Below, piece by piece: positions 26,813 through 34,984 of a stretch of DNA of 34,984 nucleotides; within the stretch, counting starts at the first letter, position 1, and each line of letters opens with the position of its first letter. The translations under genes were made by a program, and so were the position numbers. The notes beneath the pieces are model-generated. The model saw nothing but the letters and a program-made list of their open reading frames with translations, did not search any database and was not told the origin of the DNA. Source of the stretch: a virus (lineage: Duplodnaviria; Caudoviricetes). Location of the stretch: positions 1-34,984 of the IMG/VR virus record IMGVR_UViG_3300015370_000008; one strand, given 5' to 3'.

Positions 26813-27376
26813 CTAGAACTCCCCTCCAAAATTAAAAAACAAACCGTTGAAACCGGCGTCAACAACATTCCCGTCAACATGCAGCGCGCAGTTTTTATAC
26901 ATCAGGGACCCGGATATAAACAGGGTATCAGTAAGCTCATACAGCAACGAGGCTGTCGCAGATAGACCAGCATTGTAAGCCGAGTATGTATCTGTTGTGT
27001 CTACCGAAGTCATAAAAAAAGCGGGACCAACAGCCCAGAATATCCGCACATTGGCGGCCAGATCCAGAATTGAAACAGTTTCGGCTGATAAAATATGAGA
27101 CTGGATAGTATTCGATGTGTCGTCAGTATGGCGGGAGTTAGCCAGGGAGTAAGAAAACCGCCAGTTTTCAAGACCCTTTGCTTTTGTGGACAGGGCAAAC
27201 GTTATATTTGCATCAGGAACAAAATCAGGTTGTCCTGGACGTGTAAACAATGAGACTCCACCATATATCTGATCAGCTAACAAATTTGTCTGATAAATGA
27301 TCACTACAAAAAACGCTAAAATAAAAATCATCTTCATTATCATTACCATAAAAGGTTTACGACAGCACAAAACCAT
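26813..27376 (-). CDS. Outer-membrane beta-barrel protein (Ail/Lom/OmpA-like moron; true start probably 27349 or later)
   Basis: Signal peptide, alternating amphipathic strands, C-terminal FFNFGGEF (terminal Phe). Confidence 0.75.
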   Translation of the reverse strand: MVLCCRKPFMVMIMKMIFILAFFVVIIYQTNLLADQIYGGVSLFTRPGQPDFVPDANITFALSTKAKGLENWRFSYSLANSRHTDDTSNTIQSHILSAETVSILDLAANVRIFWAVGPAFFMTSVDTTDTYSAYNAGLSATASLLYELTDTLFISGSLMYKNCALHVDGNVVDAGFNGLFFNFGGEF

Positions 27377-27422
27377 TCAACCAGAATAAACAATAAAAAT
27401 AGGTTTTTTTCAAGAACTTTCG

Positions 27423-27446
27423 GGTTGGATTCCCAACCTTTTTTTT
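27423..27446 (+). terminator. Hairpin plus T-run just upstream of the terminase gene
   Basis: GGTTGG-attc-CCAACC followed by T8. Confidence 0.5.
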
Positions 27447-27499
27447 ATTGAAAGCTATAAAAATATTAATATAGATTAATAACGATCTATTGTTTAACC

Positions 27500-29035
27500 A
27501 TGCGGGGGAAATTGGGCAAAGAATACAATCTAATAGAAGTAACGCAAAAACGAATCGGGGCACTCGTCAACAAAGATAAAAAGAGTAAATCCGATTATGA
27601 AGAGATTGAAGCCCTCGCCAGTCTGCTTAAAACACTGGAAAAAACAGAGATTGAGAAAATCAAGGCGGACAGTGGAGGCAAACGGGGCAAACGTACAGGC
27701 AGCAAGAAGGGCAAGCGAAATGACATTACAAATGTCAAATGGGACGAGATAAAAAAGCCCGAATTTTTCGAGTATCAAATCCGGTTTATAAAATCCCGAC
27801 ATCGGTTCCACTTTTTACTAAAAAGCCGACAGATAGGTTTTAGTTGGGCATGTGCCTGGAAGATCATAGAGCTGATGATTGAGAGCAAGGGCAATAACTG
27901 TGTTGTTATTTCAGCTTCAAAAGCTCAGGCATTTGTAATCAGAGATTACATCGTTGTATTTTGCGCCGAAAACCTGGGAATCGAAGTTGATGCCGGGGGC
28001 GATGAAATCAAGTTCACAAAAGACGGTAAGCCCTGGTCAAAATGCAGATTTAGAGGATCAAACAGTTGGACAGGGCAGTCATACAGCGCCCACTTATTTA
28101 TCGATGAATGTTTTTGGGTACCGGGATTTGATAAGGTCGAAAAAGCAGCTCGACCGATCGCCATGCACGCCAAATGGACAAGAACCTATTTTTCAGCCCC
28201 GTCGTTTAAGTCGCATCCAGCGTACAGAATGTGGATGCCCGATGATATTGAGGATTTTATACTAGATGCTGAAGGACCCGACGGTTGCTACCGGGAGATT
28301 ATAGATTTAGAAACAGCCATTGCCCAAGGGTTTAATCTGCAGACAAAAGAGCAGATACAAAAAGAGTACAAGGATGATTATGCTCAACTGTGTGGCTGTG
28401 AGTTCGTTGACGACAATGACTCAGTTTTCCCTTGGACAAAAATAGAACATCTGATGAAAGATACAAGCGCCTGGGACTGGAAAGAGCTTAGGGAATCCCC
28501 ATCCTGGGGCGGTTCAGATCCGTCTTTAAGAGGGGATGACGCAGCCTTCGGTTTGGTGTCTCCCCCGACGCCGTTAAGGAAAAAATATAAAGTCCTGATC
28601 ACGGAAACCTGGAACAACGTCCATTTTGAGGGAGTTTCAAACGGAATCAAAGAGCTCACGGCCGATTTTAACATGACACAATTTGCCCTCGACTATAACG
28701 GGCTGGGTGAGGGATTTCTGGCAACCGTTGAAAAATGGTTCCCCCATGTTTGCGGGCTTTGGTACTCCAATCAGATAAAAAACGAAATCGTCGGCAAGGC
28801 AAAGGACATTTTTGACCGGGGATTGATTGAACTGCCGATCGATGATTATGAATTGGCTAACGCCCTGGTCAGGATAAAACGCAAGCCGACCAAGTCGGGG
28901 CACGCTCTGACTTATGAAAGCGATCGCATAAAAAAGACCGGGGATCATGCCGACAAAGGCTGGGCGATCATTAACGCCCTGTCATTTCACGAATACACCG
29001 AGGAACTTGGCACCTCAATATCATTTATAAGCTAA
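27500..29035 (+). CDS. Terminase ATPase subunit (P2 gpP-like), lacking the N-terminal HTH
   Basis: LKSRQIGFSW Walker A, SASKAQA, LFIDE Walker B, GSDPS...DD nuclease, GDHADKGWA. Confidence 0.93.
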   Translation: MRGKLGKEYNLIEVTQKRIGALVNKDKKSKSDYEEIEALASLLKTLEKTEIEKIKADSGGKRGKRTGSKKGKRNDITNVKWDEIKKPEFFEYQIRFIKSRHRFHFLLKSRQIGFSWACAWKIIELMIESKGNNCVVISASKAQAFVIRDYIVVFCAENLGIEVDAGGDEIKFTKDGKPWSKCRFRGSNSWTGQSYSAHLFIDECFWVPGFDKVEKAARPIAMHAKWTRTYFSAPSFKSHPAYRMWMPDDIEDFILDAEGPDGCYREIIDLETAIAQGFNLQTKEQIQKEYKDDYAQLCGCEFVDDNDSVFPWTKIEHLMKDTSAWDWKELRESPSWGGSDPSLRGDDAAFGLVSPPTPLRKKYKVLITETWNNVHFEGVSNGIKELTADFNMTQFALDYNGLGEGFLATVEKWFPHVCGLWYSNQIKNEIVGKAKDIFDRGLIELPIDDYELANALVRIKRKPTKSGHALTYESDRIKKTGDHADKGWAIINALSFHEYTEELGTSISFIS

Positions 29036-30072
29036 TGCAAACCGAAACGGAAGCCACACAAGACCAATCGGCCCTGATATTCACATTTGGAGATCCGGAA
29101 CCAGTAATTGAGGACGGGCTTGAGGATATTTTACAGACCTTCTGGCATATCGACGGGGAATACTACCTGCCGCCGGTGTCATTTGATTTGCTGAATAAAA
29201 TATTTAACAAAAACCCGGCCCTACAATCCGCAATCCACGCACGCAAACGCTCGTTTATCTCAACCTATAAACCGAATAAATACATATCCAGAAAGGTGAT
29301 GGAACGGGCGTTTATAGATTTTGATATTTTCGGCAACGCTTTCCTGCGTATACGCCTGGGCGGCTTACGAAATCTTAGACGGCTTGAGCACTTACCGACC
29401 AGGCCGACCAGGATCGGAGAGAAGAAGATTTACCAGCTCAGGGATTTTGACGATCCGCTGGAATTCGACAAAGAGGAAATCATACACATAGACGAGTATA
29501 ACCCCTCATCATCAATATACGGGATGCCGGAACATGTCGCCATCATCGGGCAGGCAGCCCTGGCCACCGAAAGCGTAAAATTCAGAACAAAATATTTTGT
29601 GAACGGTGCCCACATGGGTTATTTGCTCCATATTCACGATCCTAAATTCACAAAGGAAGAACAGGGAAAAGTACAGGAACAGTTGAAAGCCAAGAAGGGC
29701 GCCGGTAATTTCAATTCCATGTTGATAGTAACCAGGACCCAGGGCAAAGACGGTGAAAACAAAGTTGAATTAAAACCGGTCGGTGAAATCACGTCAAAAG
29801 ATGAATTCAGGAATATCATGGAGCTCACAACCGCCCAGGTTTTAATGACCAAACGGGTACCGTTGGCCATGATGGCCGTGATGCCAGGCAAAGCAAATTT
29901 TGGCTCACAAAAAGACGCCGTCAACAACTATGCAGTCAACGAAATAGCACAAATACAGGCGGATTTTGCTGAAATGCTTAATCCACATTTGCCGCCGGAT
30001 GGGCAGGTCGAATTCTCTGATTTCAGGGATTTGATTGCATCCAAAACCGAAAGCGCCCAGGCGGTTAGCTAG
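29035..30072 (+). CDS. Portal protein (PBSX family, P2 gpQ-like)
   Basis: FTFGDPEPV, YYLPPVS, IYGMPE, YFVNGAHMGY, KGAGNF, KDEFRNI. Confidence 0.93.
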   Translation: MQTETEATQDQSALIFTFGDPEPVIEDGLEDILQTFWHIDGEYYLPPVSFDLLNKIFNKNPALQSAIHARKRSFISTYKPNKYISRKVMERAFIDFDIFGNAFLRIRLGGLRNLRRLEHLPTRPTRIGEKKIYQLRDFDDPLEFDKEEIIHIDEYNPSSSIYGMPEHVAIIGQAALATESVKFRTKYFVNGAHMGYLLHIHDPKFTKEEQGKVQEQLKAKKGAGNFNSMLIVTRTQGKDGENKVELKPVGEITSKDEFRNIMELTTAQVLMTKRVPLAMMAVMPGKANFGSQKDAVNNYAVNEIAQIQADFAEMLNPHLPPDGQVEFSDFRDLIASKTESAQAVS

Positions 30073-31202
30073 TGAGCAATTTTTAATTGATCGAATGCTT
30101 TGTAATACGAGGGACCAACCGGGATGATTGAACCGTTTACCATTTTAAGTGATCGAACCCTTTTCCCTCTGAACTCGCAGATCTTGGACGGATTGACGCA
30201 ATGGGAGCGATGGACACGGGTTAAAAAGGACTCATCGAAAAACATGGAAACATCTGAAATCGATAACTCGATTCTTGTTGAATTGAGCTTGCCGAAATCA
30301 ACAAGAATTGCCCTTCCGTCCGCTTTGACGGAAATAACGGAATTCCGGTCATAACCCAGGGTACAGATTTTTTTAAATAGATCTGAATTAATAACAAAAC
30401 GCAAATTACCAACAATAAAACGCACCTGCTCAAAAATCGCCAGGGCGTAGTTTTTTGACAGGGAGTTTTTACACCGAAACATAAACGTATAATCGTTATA
30501 ATCGCCGGTTGTATAGATCAAAAAATCATTCAACTGCGTGGCGGATCTGCCACCGGCAACCCATTTTTGAAACGTGTTTTCCAGGAGTTTACGATCAGTC
30601 TGATAGTGTTTCAGAACGTCATTAAAAAAAACGGCGGGGTGGTTGATAGATTCAGTTTCAACGAGAGTGTCAAAAACAGCTTTTGCAAGCACGTCAACAG
30701 ACGAATAGATCGAAAAATTACTTGCAAAATGCTTCAATTTCTTCTGTATTTCTTGACCTGCCATAGCCTCATTTAGCGCACAGTATGTCCTCAGACAGGC
30801 AGTAATTGACGTGTATAGGTGCTGACTCAGCAAATCGCCCTTTTCGATAAAATTATCAATTGCATAATCCATGATCACTTTGGACGCAGGGATGTCGCCG
30901 GGGTGCCCGGTAATCACAATAATCCGTGTCAGCACGTCGTTAAGGGAACCACGAATAAAACGAACCAGGTCAAGCCCTGCGTTTTTGGACTCCATGACGA
31001 CGTCTAACAGGATGAGCTCAAATTTGCATTTTTCAAGTTTTCGCCTTGCTTCGTACGCAGAATAAGCGCTTACGAAGTTAATTTTATTTTTTTGGAAAGT
31101 ATAGTTCCGAAAAATCATCTTGATCATGCGATGAAAATCGGGAATATCGTCAACAATCAAAATATTCCAATAGTTCATGTTAACAAGCCCTTGCATGTTC
31201 AT
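30069..31202 (-). CDS. Orphan response regulator: REC + central domain + LytTR DNA-binding domain
   Basis: ILIVDD, phospho-acceptor LLDVVME, ITGHPG, IEK; C-terminal FLTRVHRSHCVN...IPVGPSY (LytTR). Confidence 0.85.
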   Translation of the reverse strand: MNMQGLVNMNYWNILIVDDIPDFHRMIKMIFRNYTFQKNKINFVSAYSAYEARRKLEKCKFELILLDVVMESKNAGLDLVRFIRGSLNDVLTRIIVITGHPGDIPASKVIMDYAIDNFIEKGDLLSQHLYTSITACLRTYCALNEAMAGQEIQKKLKHFASNFSIYSSVDVLAKAVFDTLVETESINHPAVFFNDVLKHYQTDRKLLENTFQKWVAGGRSATQLNDFLIYTTGDYNDYTFMFRCKNSLSKNYALAIFEQVRFIVGNLRFVINSDLFKKICTLGYDRNSVISVKADGRAILVDFGKLNSTRIELSISDVSMFFDESFLTRVHRSHCVNPSKICEFRGKRVRSLKMVNGSIIPVGPSYYKAFDQLKIAH

Positions 31203-31678
31203 GCAGAAATCGAAAAAATACGATGATTATAAACAAATGAAAACATTGAAGAAAAAAAGCGAGGCTTACATGTTCATGATTTAATAGGAAATTTATATTG
31301 AAGTAGGTATCGGCTTGTATTATACAATATCCCGGTTCCATACCCAATATAAAAATCAACCACGGAAAAATTTGAATTATTAATCAACTGATTTTAAAAC
31401 CTGATCGAACACGATCAAAAAATTTGACAAGCTTTCCAGCTTTGGGCAAGAATAACTCAGACAAATCATTCGTCCGATTGTTTTTCATTTTGCTTGGTCC
31501 TTCCAAAGGGGACGCCGGGAGTAGTGACCCACGAGCAAAAAACAATATGGGCCGAATGGCTTGGGTACCTTTTTGGACTTGTGAATTCACTACTCACAGG
31601 TGCGACTTTGGCGCTTCCCTTGTCATTCGGTTCGCCCGGTGCATGGGAAGCGCAAAAACCTCGTGCTAGGAGCGAACC

Positions 31679-31975
31679 ATGAATTGTCCATATTGCCGAT
31701 CAAAACGATACGTTGTTGTCAAAACCAACCCCGACGAGGACGGCCAGTCCGGCGAGATTGTTCAGCAGTGTCTTGAATGCTATGAAATCTCGGTTTTCCA
31801 TTACTCTAAGATCAGAGGCGTAAAGTCCCGAAAACAGGACGAAATAAAGGGACTGGTAATGGCATTGCGCAAAGTCCTTAATGACAACGATCCGGACGAA
31901 CTTGAACGTTTCAACGATCGACTGCGAAAAGTGAGCAAGAACCCCGAGTTCTTTTCACGCAGGAGGTCAGTATGA
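31679..31975 (+). CDS. Ogr/Delta-like zinc-finger transcriptional activator candidate
   Basis: AGGAG RBS; MNCPYC...QCLEC; P2-like context. Cys spacing differs from canonical Ogr. Confidence 0.55.
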   Translation: MNCPYCRSKRYVVVKTNPDEDGQSGEIVQQCLECYEISVFHYSKIRGVKSRKQDEIKGLVMALRKVLNDNDPDELERFNDRLRKVSKNPEFFSRRRSV

Positions 31976-33084
31976 TGGTTATACAAACGGCAGATCGCAA
32001 AGAAACCCTGATCTATGACAAAAACGGTAAAAAAGTGGAAAAGAAACTTCAAGACTACGAAATCAGCAAACCAAGCCAACTGACAATATTTGAGTTTCTG
32101 GACGAAGAGAACTATTCAAATACAGTCGATATCTTTGACCTGGTACCCAAGTTTCTCAACAGAAACCCAAGAAGCAATACCGGCCGGTTGGAACCCATCA
32201 AAAAATACCCTGTCATTAAGATCAACGGGAAGGATTTACGATTCCAGGTAACAATTACTCCCGCAACAATAGAGGTTGAAAACGGTGTATTCAGAGACCT
32301 ATTCCCCACGATCCGGGAGGAAGTCGTCGAGCTGGGGATTCGAAAACTTGCCTTCAGTGGCCAGGGCAAATATTTTGACAAAAAAGCAGGGGCTCTTTTT
32401 ACGGTCACACAACTGCACAAACTCCTGAAAGAGCATAAGCGGGGGTATGACAAATCGGATATTATGCAAGCCATAGAAGTTTTAAAAAAAACCACGATTG
32501 ATATCAAATGCCTGGATGATGACGCATTTCCCCGAATATCTGTAAACTATGTCAGTGACAGTTATACACAGACGTTGGCAGCTTACAACAAAGGTGTTAA
32601 CGACTCAAAGTGTTTTGTAATTTTTAATTCCATGGTGACAGATTCTATCAACCAAAAAACACTGAGAATGTATAATTATAAGATGCTGATGCAGTACAAG
32701 AACATCATTGCCGATCATCTTCATATGAGAATCACCAGAAACATGAAATATGCCGCTTACAATGGCAAGGAAAATGTTTTCCGGATTTCGCAAAGCACGC
32801 TGGAACGGGATACAAACATGCCGATTTATGAAAATTACAGGGATAACAAACGACAGGTTATCACCGCTCTGAATAAGATGAAGGAGTGCGGATCGGTTGA
32901 AGAGTACTGGGGAGAAGATGAGAAGGAAGGGAAAAAAACCATAAACACAATGTATTACCTCAGAATATCAAAAAACTTTTGTGATGAGATAATACAAGCA
33001 AATCAAAAGATCGATAACGCAAGAACTCCGGCAGAAAAGATTGAACATAGAATTAACATACTGAAAAAACAAGGAGTACTATAA
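31972..33084 (+). CDS. repA: Plasmid replication initiator, IncA/C RepA-like
   Basis: QLTIFE...YSNTVDIFDLVPKF, REEVVELGIRKLA, AGALFTVTQL, CFVIFNSMVTDSI...YNYK match IncA/C RepA motifs as I recall them; iterons follow directly. Confidence 0.85.
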   Translation: MMVIQTADRKETLIYDKNGKKVEKKLQDYEISKPSQLTIFEFLDEENYSNTVDIFDLVPKFLNRNPRSNTGRLEPIKKYPVIKINGKDLRFQVTITPATIEVENGVFRDLFPTIREEVVELGIRKLAFSGQGKYFDKKAGALFTVTQLHKLLKEHKRGYDKSDIMQAIEVLKKTTIDIKCLDDDAFPRISVNYVSDSYTQTLAAYNKGVNDSKCFVIFNSMVTDSINQKTLRMYNYKMLMQYKNIIADHLHMRITRNMKYAAYNGKENVFRISQSTLERDTNMPIYENYRDNKRQVITALNKMKECGSVEEYWGEDEKEGKKTINTMYYLRISKNFCDEIIQANQKIDNARTPAEKIEHRINILKKQGVL

Positions 33085-33142
33085 ACCTGTTGAAAACCTG
33101 TTTAAAACCTGTTGAAAACCCTGTGCAAAAACTGTTGAAAAC
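33083..33142. repeat. Five tandem ~11-bp repeats AAACCTGTTGA (DnaA-box-like)
   Basis: Seen directly after the repA stop; TGTTGAAAA and TGTGCAAAA are 2-mismatch variants of TGTGGATAA. Confidence 0.6.
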
Positions 33143-33150
33143 GAACATAC

Positions 33151-33397
33151 CCCTAGTCGTGATTCTTCGCAGGAGCAAAATTTGCCTAGCAAAGGACCAA
33201 AAAATCGAACATATAAAGCCCCCACCCTAGTCGTGATTCTTCGCAGAAAGCCCCCACCCTAGTCGTGATTCTTCGCAGTAACCCCCCACCCTAGTCGTGA
33301 TTCTTCGCAGAAAGACTTTTACCCTGGTCGTGATTCTTCGCAGTAACCCCACCCTAGTCGTGATTCTTCGCAGTAACCTAGTCGTGATTCTTCGCAG
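33151..33397 (+). repeat. Iteron array (oriV): 7 copies of ~22-bp CCCTAGTCGTGATTCTTCGCAG
   Basis: Copies start at 33151, 33225, 33257, 33289, 33322, 33352 and 33376; the core spacing of 30-33 bp is about 3 helical turns. Confidence 0.9.
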
Positions 33398-34149
33398 TAA
33401 AAACCACGAATAAGCAGTCAAAACAGCCCAATAAAGGCAATTTACAGCAGCCTAACCATATCTTTATTTTTATCCCTTTATCCCTTTAGGGAAACACACA
33501 CAAACAAATGCAACAGGAATAAACCTGCCGTAAAATCCATCTGGGCAAAAAAAAATTTGCCGCTTAGAGCGGCCTGGACAAAATGCCTTTGCTGGCCACC
33601 TATCCCTCTCACTCAACCCACGGGCAGTAGGAATCAATAGTGCTCGTTGCACTCGCCTAAATACAATATTCTTTATGGAGTCAGCTAAACGCTGACAATT
33701 ATACAACTGAAATGTCGTGTTCGCTACGCTCACCATTTAAACAATTAACAAAGGGCAGCAGGGAAGAAGAAAGTTCAAGAACTGTTCCGATCTCTTTAAT
33801 ACCACCTAATAAAATGGACTCCCCCGCCACCGCACGGGTTTTGAACCTTTTTGTTAAAAATTCCGGTTGTAATATCGGGCAGAATTGAGGAATCTTTGCT
33901 TTAAGTAATTAGTGAAGGTTGAACTAATGCGGGAATTACCAAAAAATTCGAAAAACTATAAAAGTTGGTTTTATATAAAATTGCAGATAATAGAATAATT
34001 ACAATGAATATAAAAACAGGCTTATAAGCTATCAATGTTGAGCTTAAGGTTTATTGATTCCCGTTTTTACCAAAGCGATCAGACATAAGTTAAATATTGG
34101 AAATTACCGCAAAAAACAAAAATAACACGCAAACAACTAATATTATAAA

Positions 34150-34563
34150 ATGACAGGGAAGAGAGAAGAAGCAATAAGTATGATCAAAAGTGAAAGTTTT
34201 ACGATTGCTGATATATCAAAAAAAACCGGTGTTCCGAAATCAACTCTCAGGTATTGGAGTGATAAACTATCCGCAAAAATACCAACCGCCAGGTCAACAA
34301 AAAAAGAAAAAGCGGAACAGATGATTATAAATGGCTATTCAAACACCGAAATAATCAAAAATTTAAAGGTTCCGGCGTCAACACTATACGATTGGATAAA
34401 AAAAGAATCCTGGGGCGTTATTGAGCCCTTGGGAAAGGCAAAAAAACGATTTTGCTTGTTAGTGAGTCGGGAAGATAAAACAAGAAAGGAAATAAAAGAA
34501 TTGGAAACTCTTGCAAACGTAATAGAAACGCTGACACGTGCGGAGGCTTTAAAAACTACATAA
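34150..34563 (+). CDS. Tandem-HTH protein resembling the N-terminal domain of P2 gpP terminase
   Basis: Two HTHs (VPKSTLRYW, VPASTLYDW), then KESW...RFCLLVSREDKTRKEIKELETL, resembling gpP RDGW...RLTQLIIKPQKTGGDFKEIDLL. Confidence 0.7.
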   Translation: MTGKREEAISMIKSESFTIADISKKTGVPKSTLRYWSDKLSAKIPTARSTKKEKAEQMIINGYSNTEIIKNLKVPASTLYDWIKKESWGVIEPLGKAKKRFCLLVSREDKTRKEIKELETLANVIETLTRAEALKTT

Positions 34564-34861
34564 TTTTAGAAGCCCTGAGATCATCATTCCAGTCGTTTGA
34601 TTTGGGCTTGAGAATGATCGGAGATCTGTTATCATTCAGACCCACCAGAATATTTTTAATAGCATCCGTGTATTTGATCCCTTCATTATCATTATTGAAA
34701 GCGGTAATAATGTTATGTCGCGGGAAGCTCTTGATTGCCATACTAATCATATTTTCAGATTCTGGACCCCAACCGCCTGCCGTGGCCAGGCACCAGGCAT
34801 GATCAAAAAATTCAGGAAAGAGAGCATAAAACGAAAGCGCTTCGATCCCGGCTTCAGTTAG
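34556..34861 (-). CDS. DUF3991/TOPRIM primase-like protein, C-terminal part (joined to 645..1)
   Basis: TOPRIM motifs ILTEAGIEALSF, ATAGG, IITAFNNDNEG, PKSNDWNDDL. Confidence 0.8.
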   Translation of the reverse strand, partial: LTEAGIEALSFYALFPEFFDHAWCLATAGGWGPESENMISMAIKSFPRHNIITAFNNDNEGIKYTDAIKNILVGLNDNRSPIILKPKSNDWNDDLRASKIM

Positions 34862-34984
34862 AATCAAAGTATCATCCAACTCAAACCGATTTGAAAACCA
34901 GACGGACTTGGTTGAGTTTTCCGGGAATCCTGTAAACCTGTGATTTTTGATTTCCCAGCCGACCACGCACTTTTTTAGAAAATG
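34862..34984. repeat. Terminal direct repeat, right copy
   Basis: Identical to 1-123. Confidence 0.95.

Larger units (their letters stand above)
1..34984. mobile_element. Circular P2/HP1-like phage-plasmid (myovirus morphogenesis genes plus iteron replicon and Par system)
   Basis: Circular topology, full head/tail gene set, RepA with iterons, ParA and resolvase; no recognisable integrase. Confidence 0.85.

Noticed and set aside
31500-31680. Cobalamin riboswitch (TGGGAAG motif)
   Set aside because: The other conserved elements (GCCACTG and the AGGGAA-GGTG core) are absent.
33151-33397. Possible CRISPR array
   Set aside because: Most gaps between repeats are only 2-11 nt and similar to each other, there are no cas genes, and the array follows repA, so these are iterons.
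33227-33421. ORF with LLRRITTR repeats
   Set aside because: Artefact of translating the iteron array.
34862-34984. Biological terminal repeat or att site
   Set aside because: It lies inside a coding sequence and is best explained as assembler overlap of a circle.

Overview
The window is a complete circular element of about 34,861 bp: bases 1-123 repeat exactly at 34862-34984. It carries a P2/HP1-type (Peduoviridae-like) myovirus head-and-tail gene set: portal Q, terminase P, scaffold O, capsid N, M, L, R, S, HP1-like sheath and tube, tape measure, baseplate and tail fibre. I recognise no integrase, no rolling-circle gpA and no CI/Cox switch. Instead there is a plasmid maintenance kit: an IncA/C-family-like RepA followed by 7 iterons, a short ParA with a small partner, a serine resolvase, and a DUF3991/TOPRIM primase-like gene spanning the circular junction. 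The best reading is a P2-like phage-plasmid. Unusual features: (1) a CBM5/12-like carbohydrate-binding module inserted in the major capsid protein; (2) the terminase gpP HTH domain apparently encoded as a separate tandem-HTH gene near a cos-like sequence; (3) a four-gene insert in the tail operon (pseudo-patatin, membrane-anchored C-type-lectin-like protein, small membrane protein, stand-alone EF-Ts N-terminal domain) with no recognisable endolysin anywhere; (4) an orphan REC-LytTR response regulator; (5) a pseudoknot-like leader over the ogr-like/repA ribosome-binding site; (6) an array of small accessory genes separated by TAA-N6-nTAW recombinase-like sites. All family calls come from motif recognition by eye, not from database searches.
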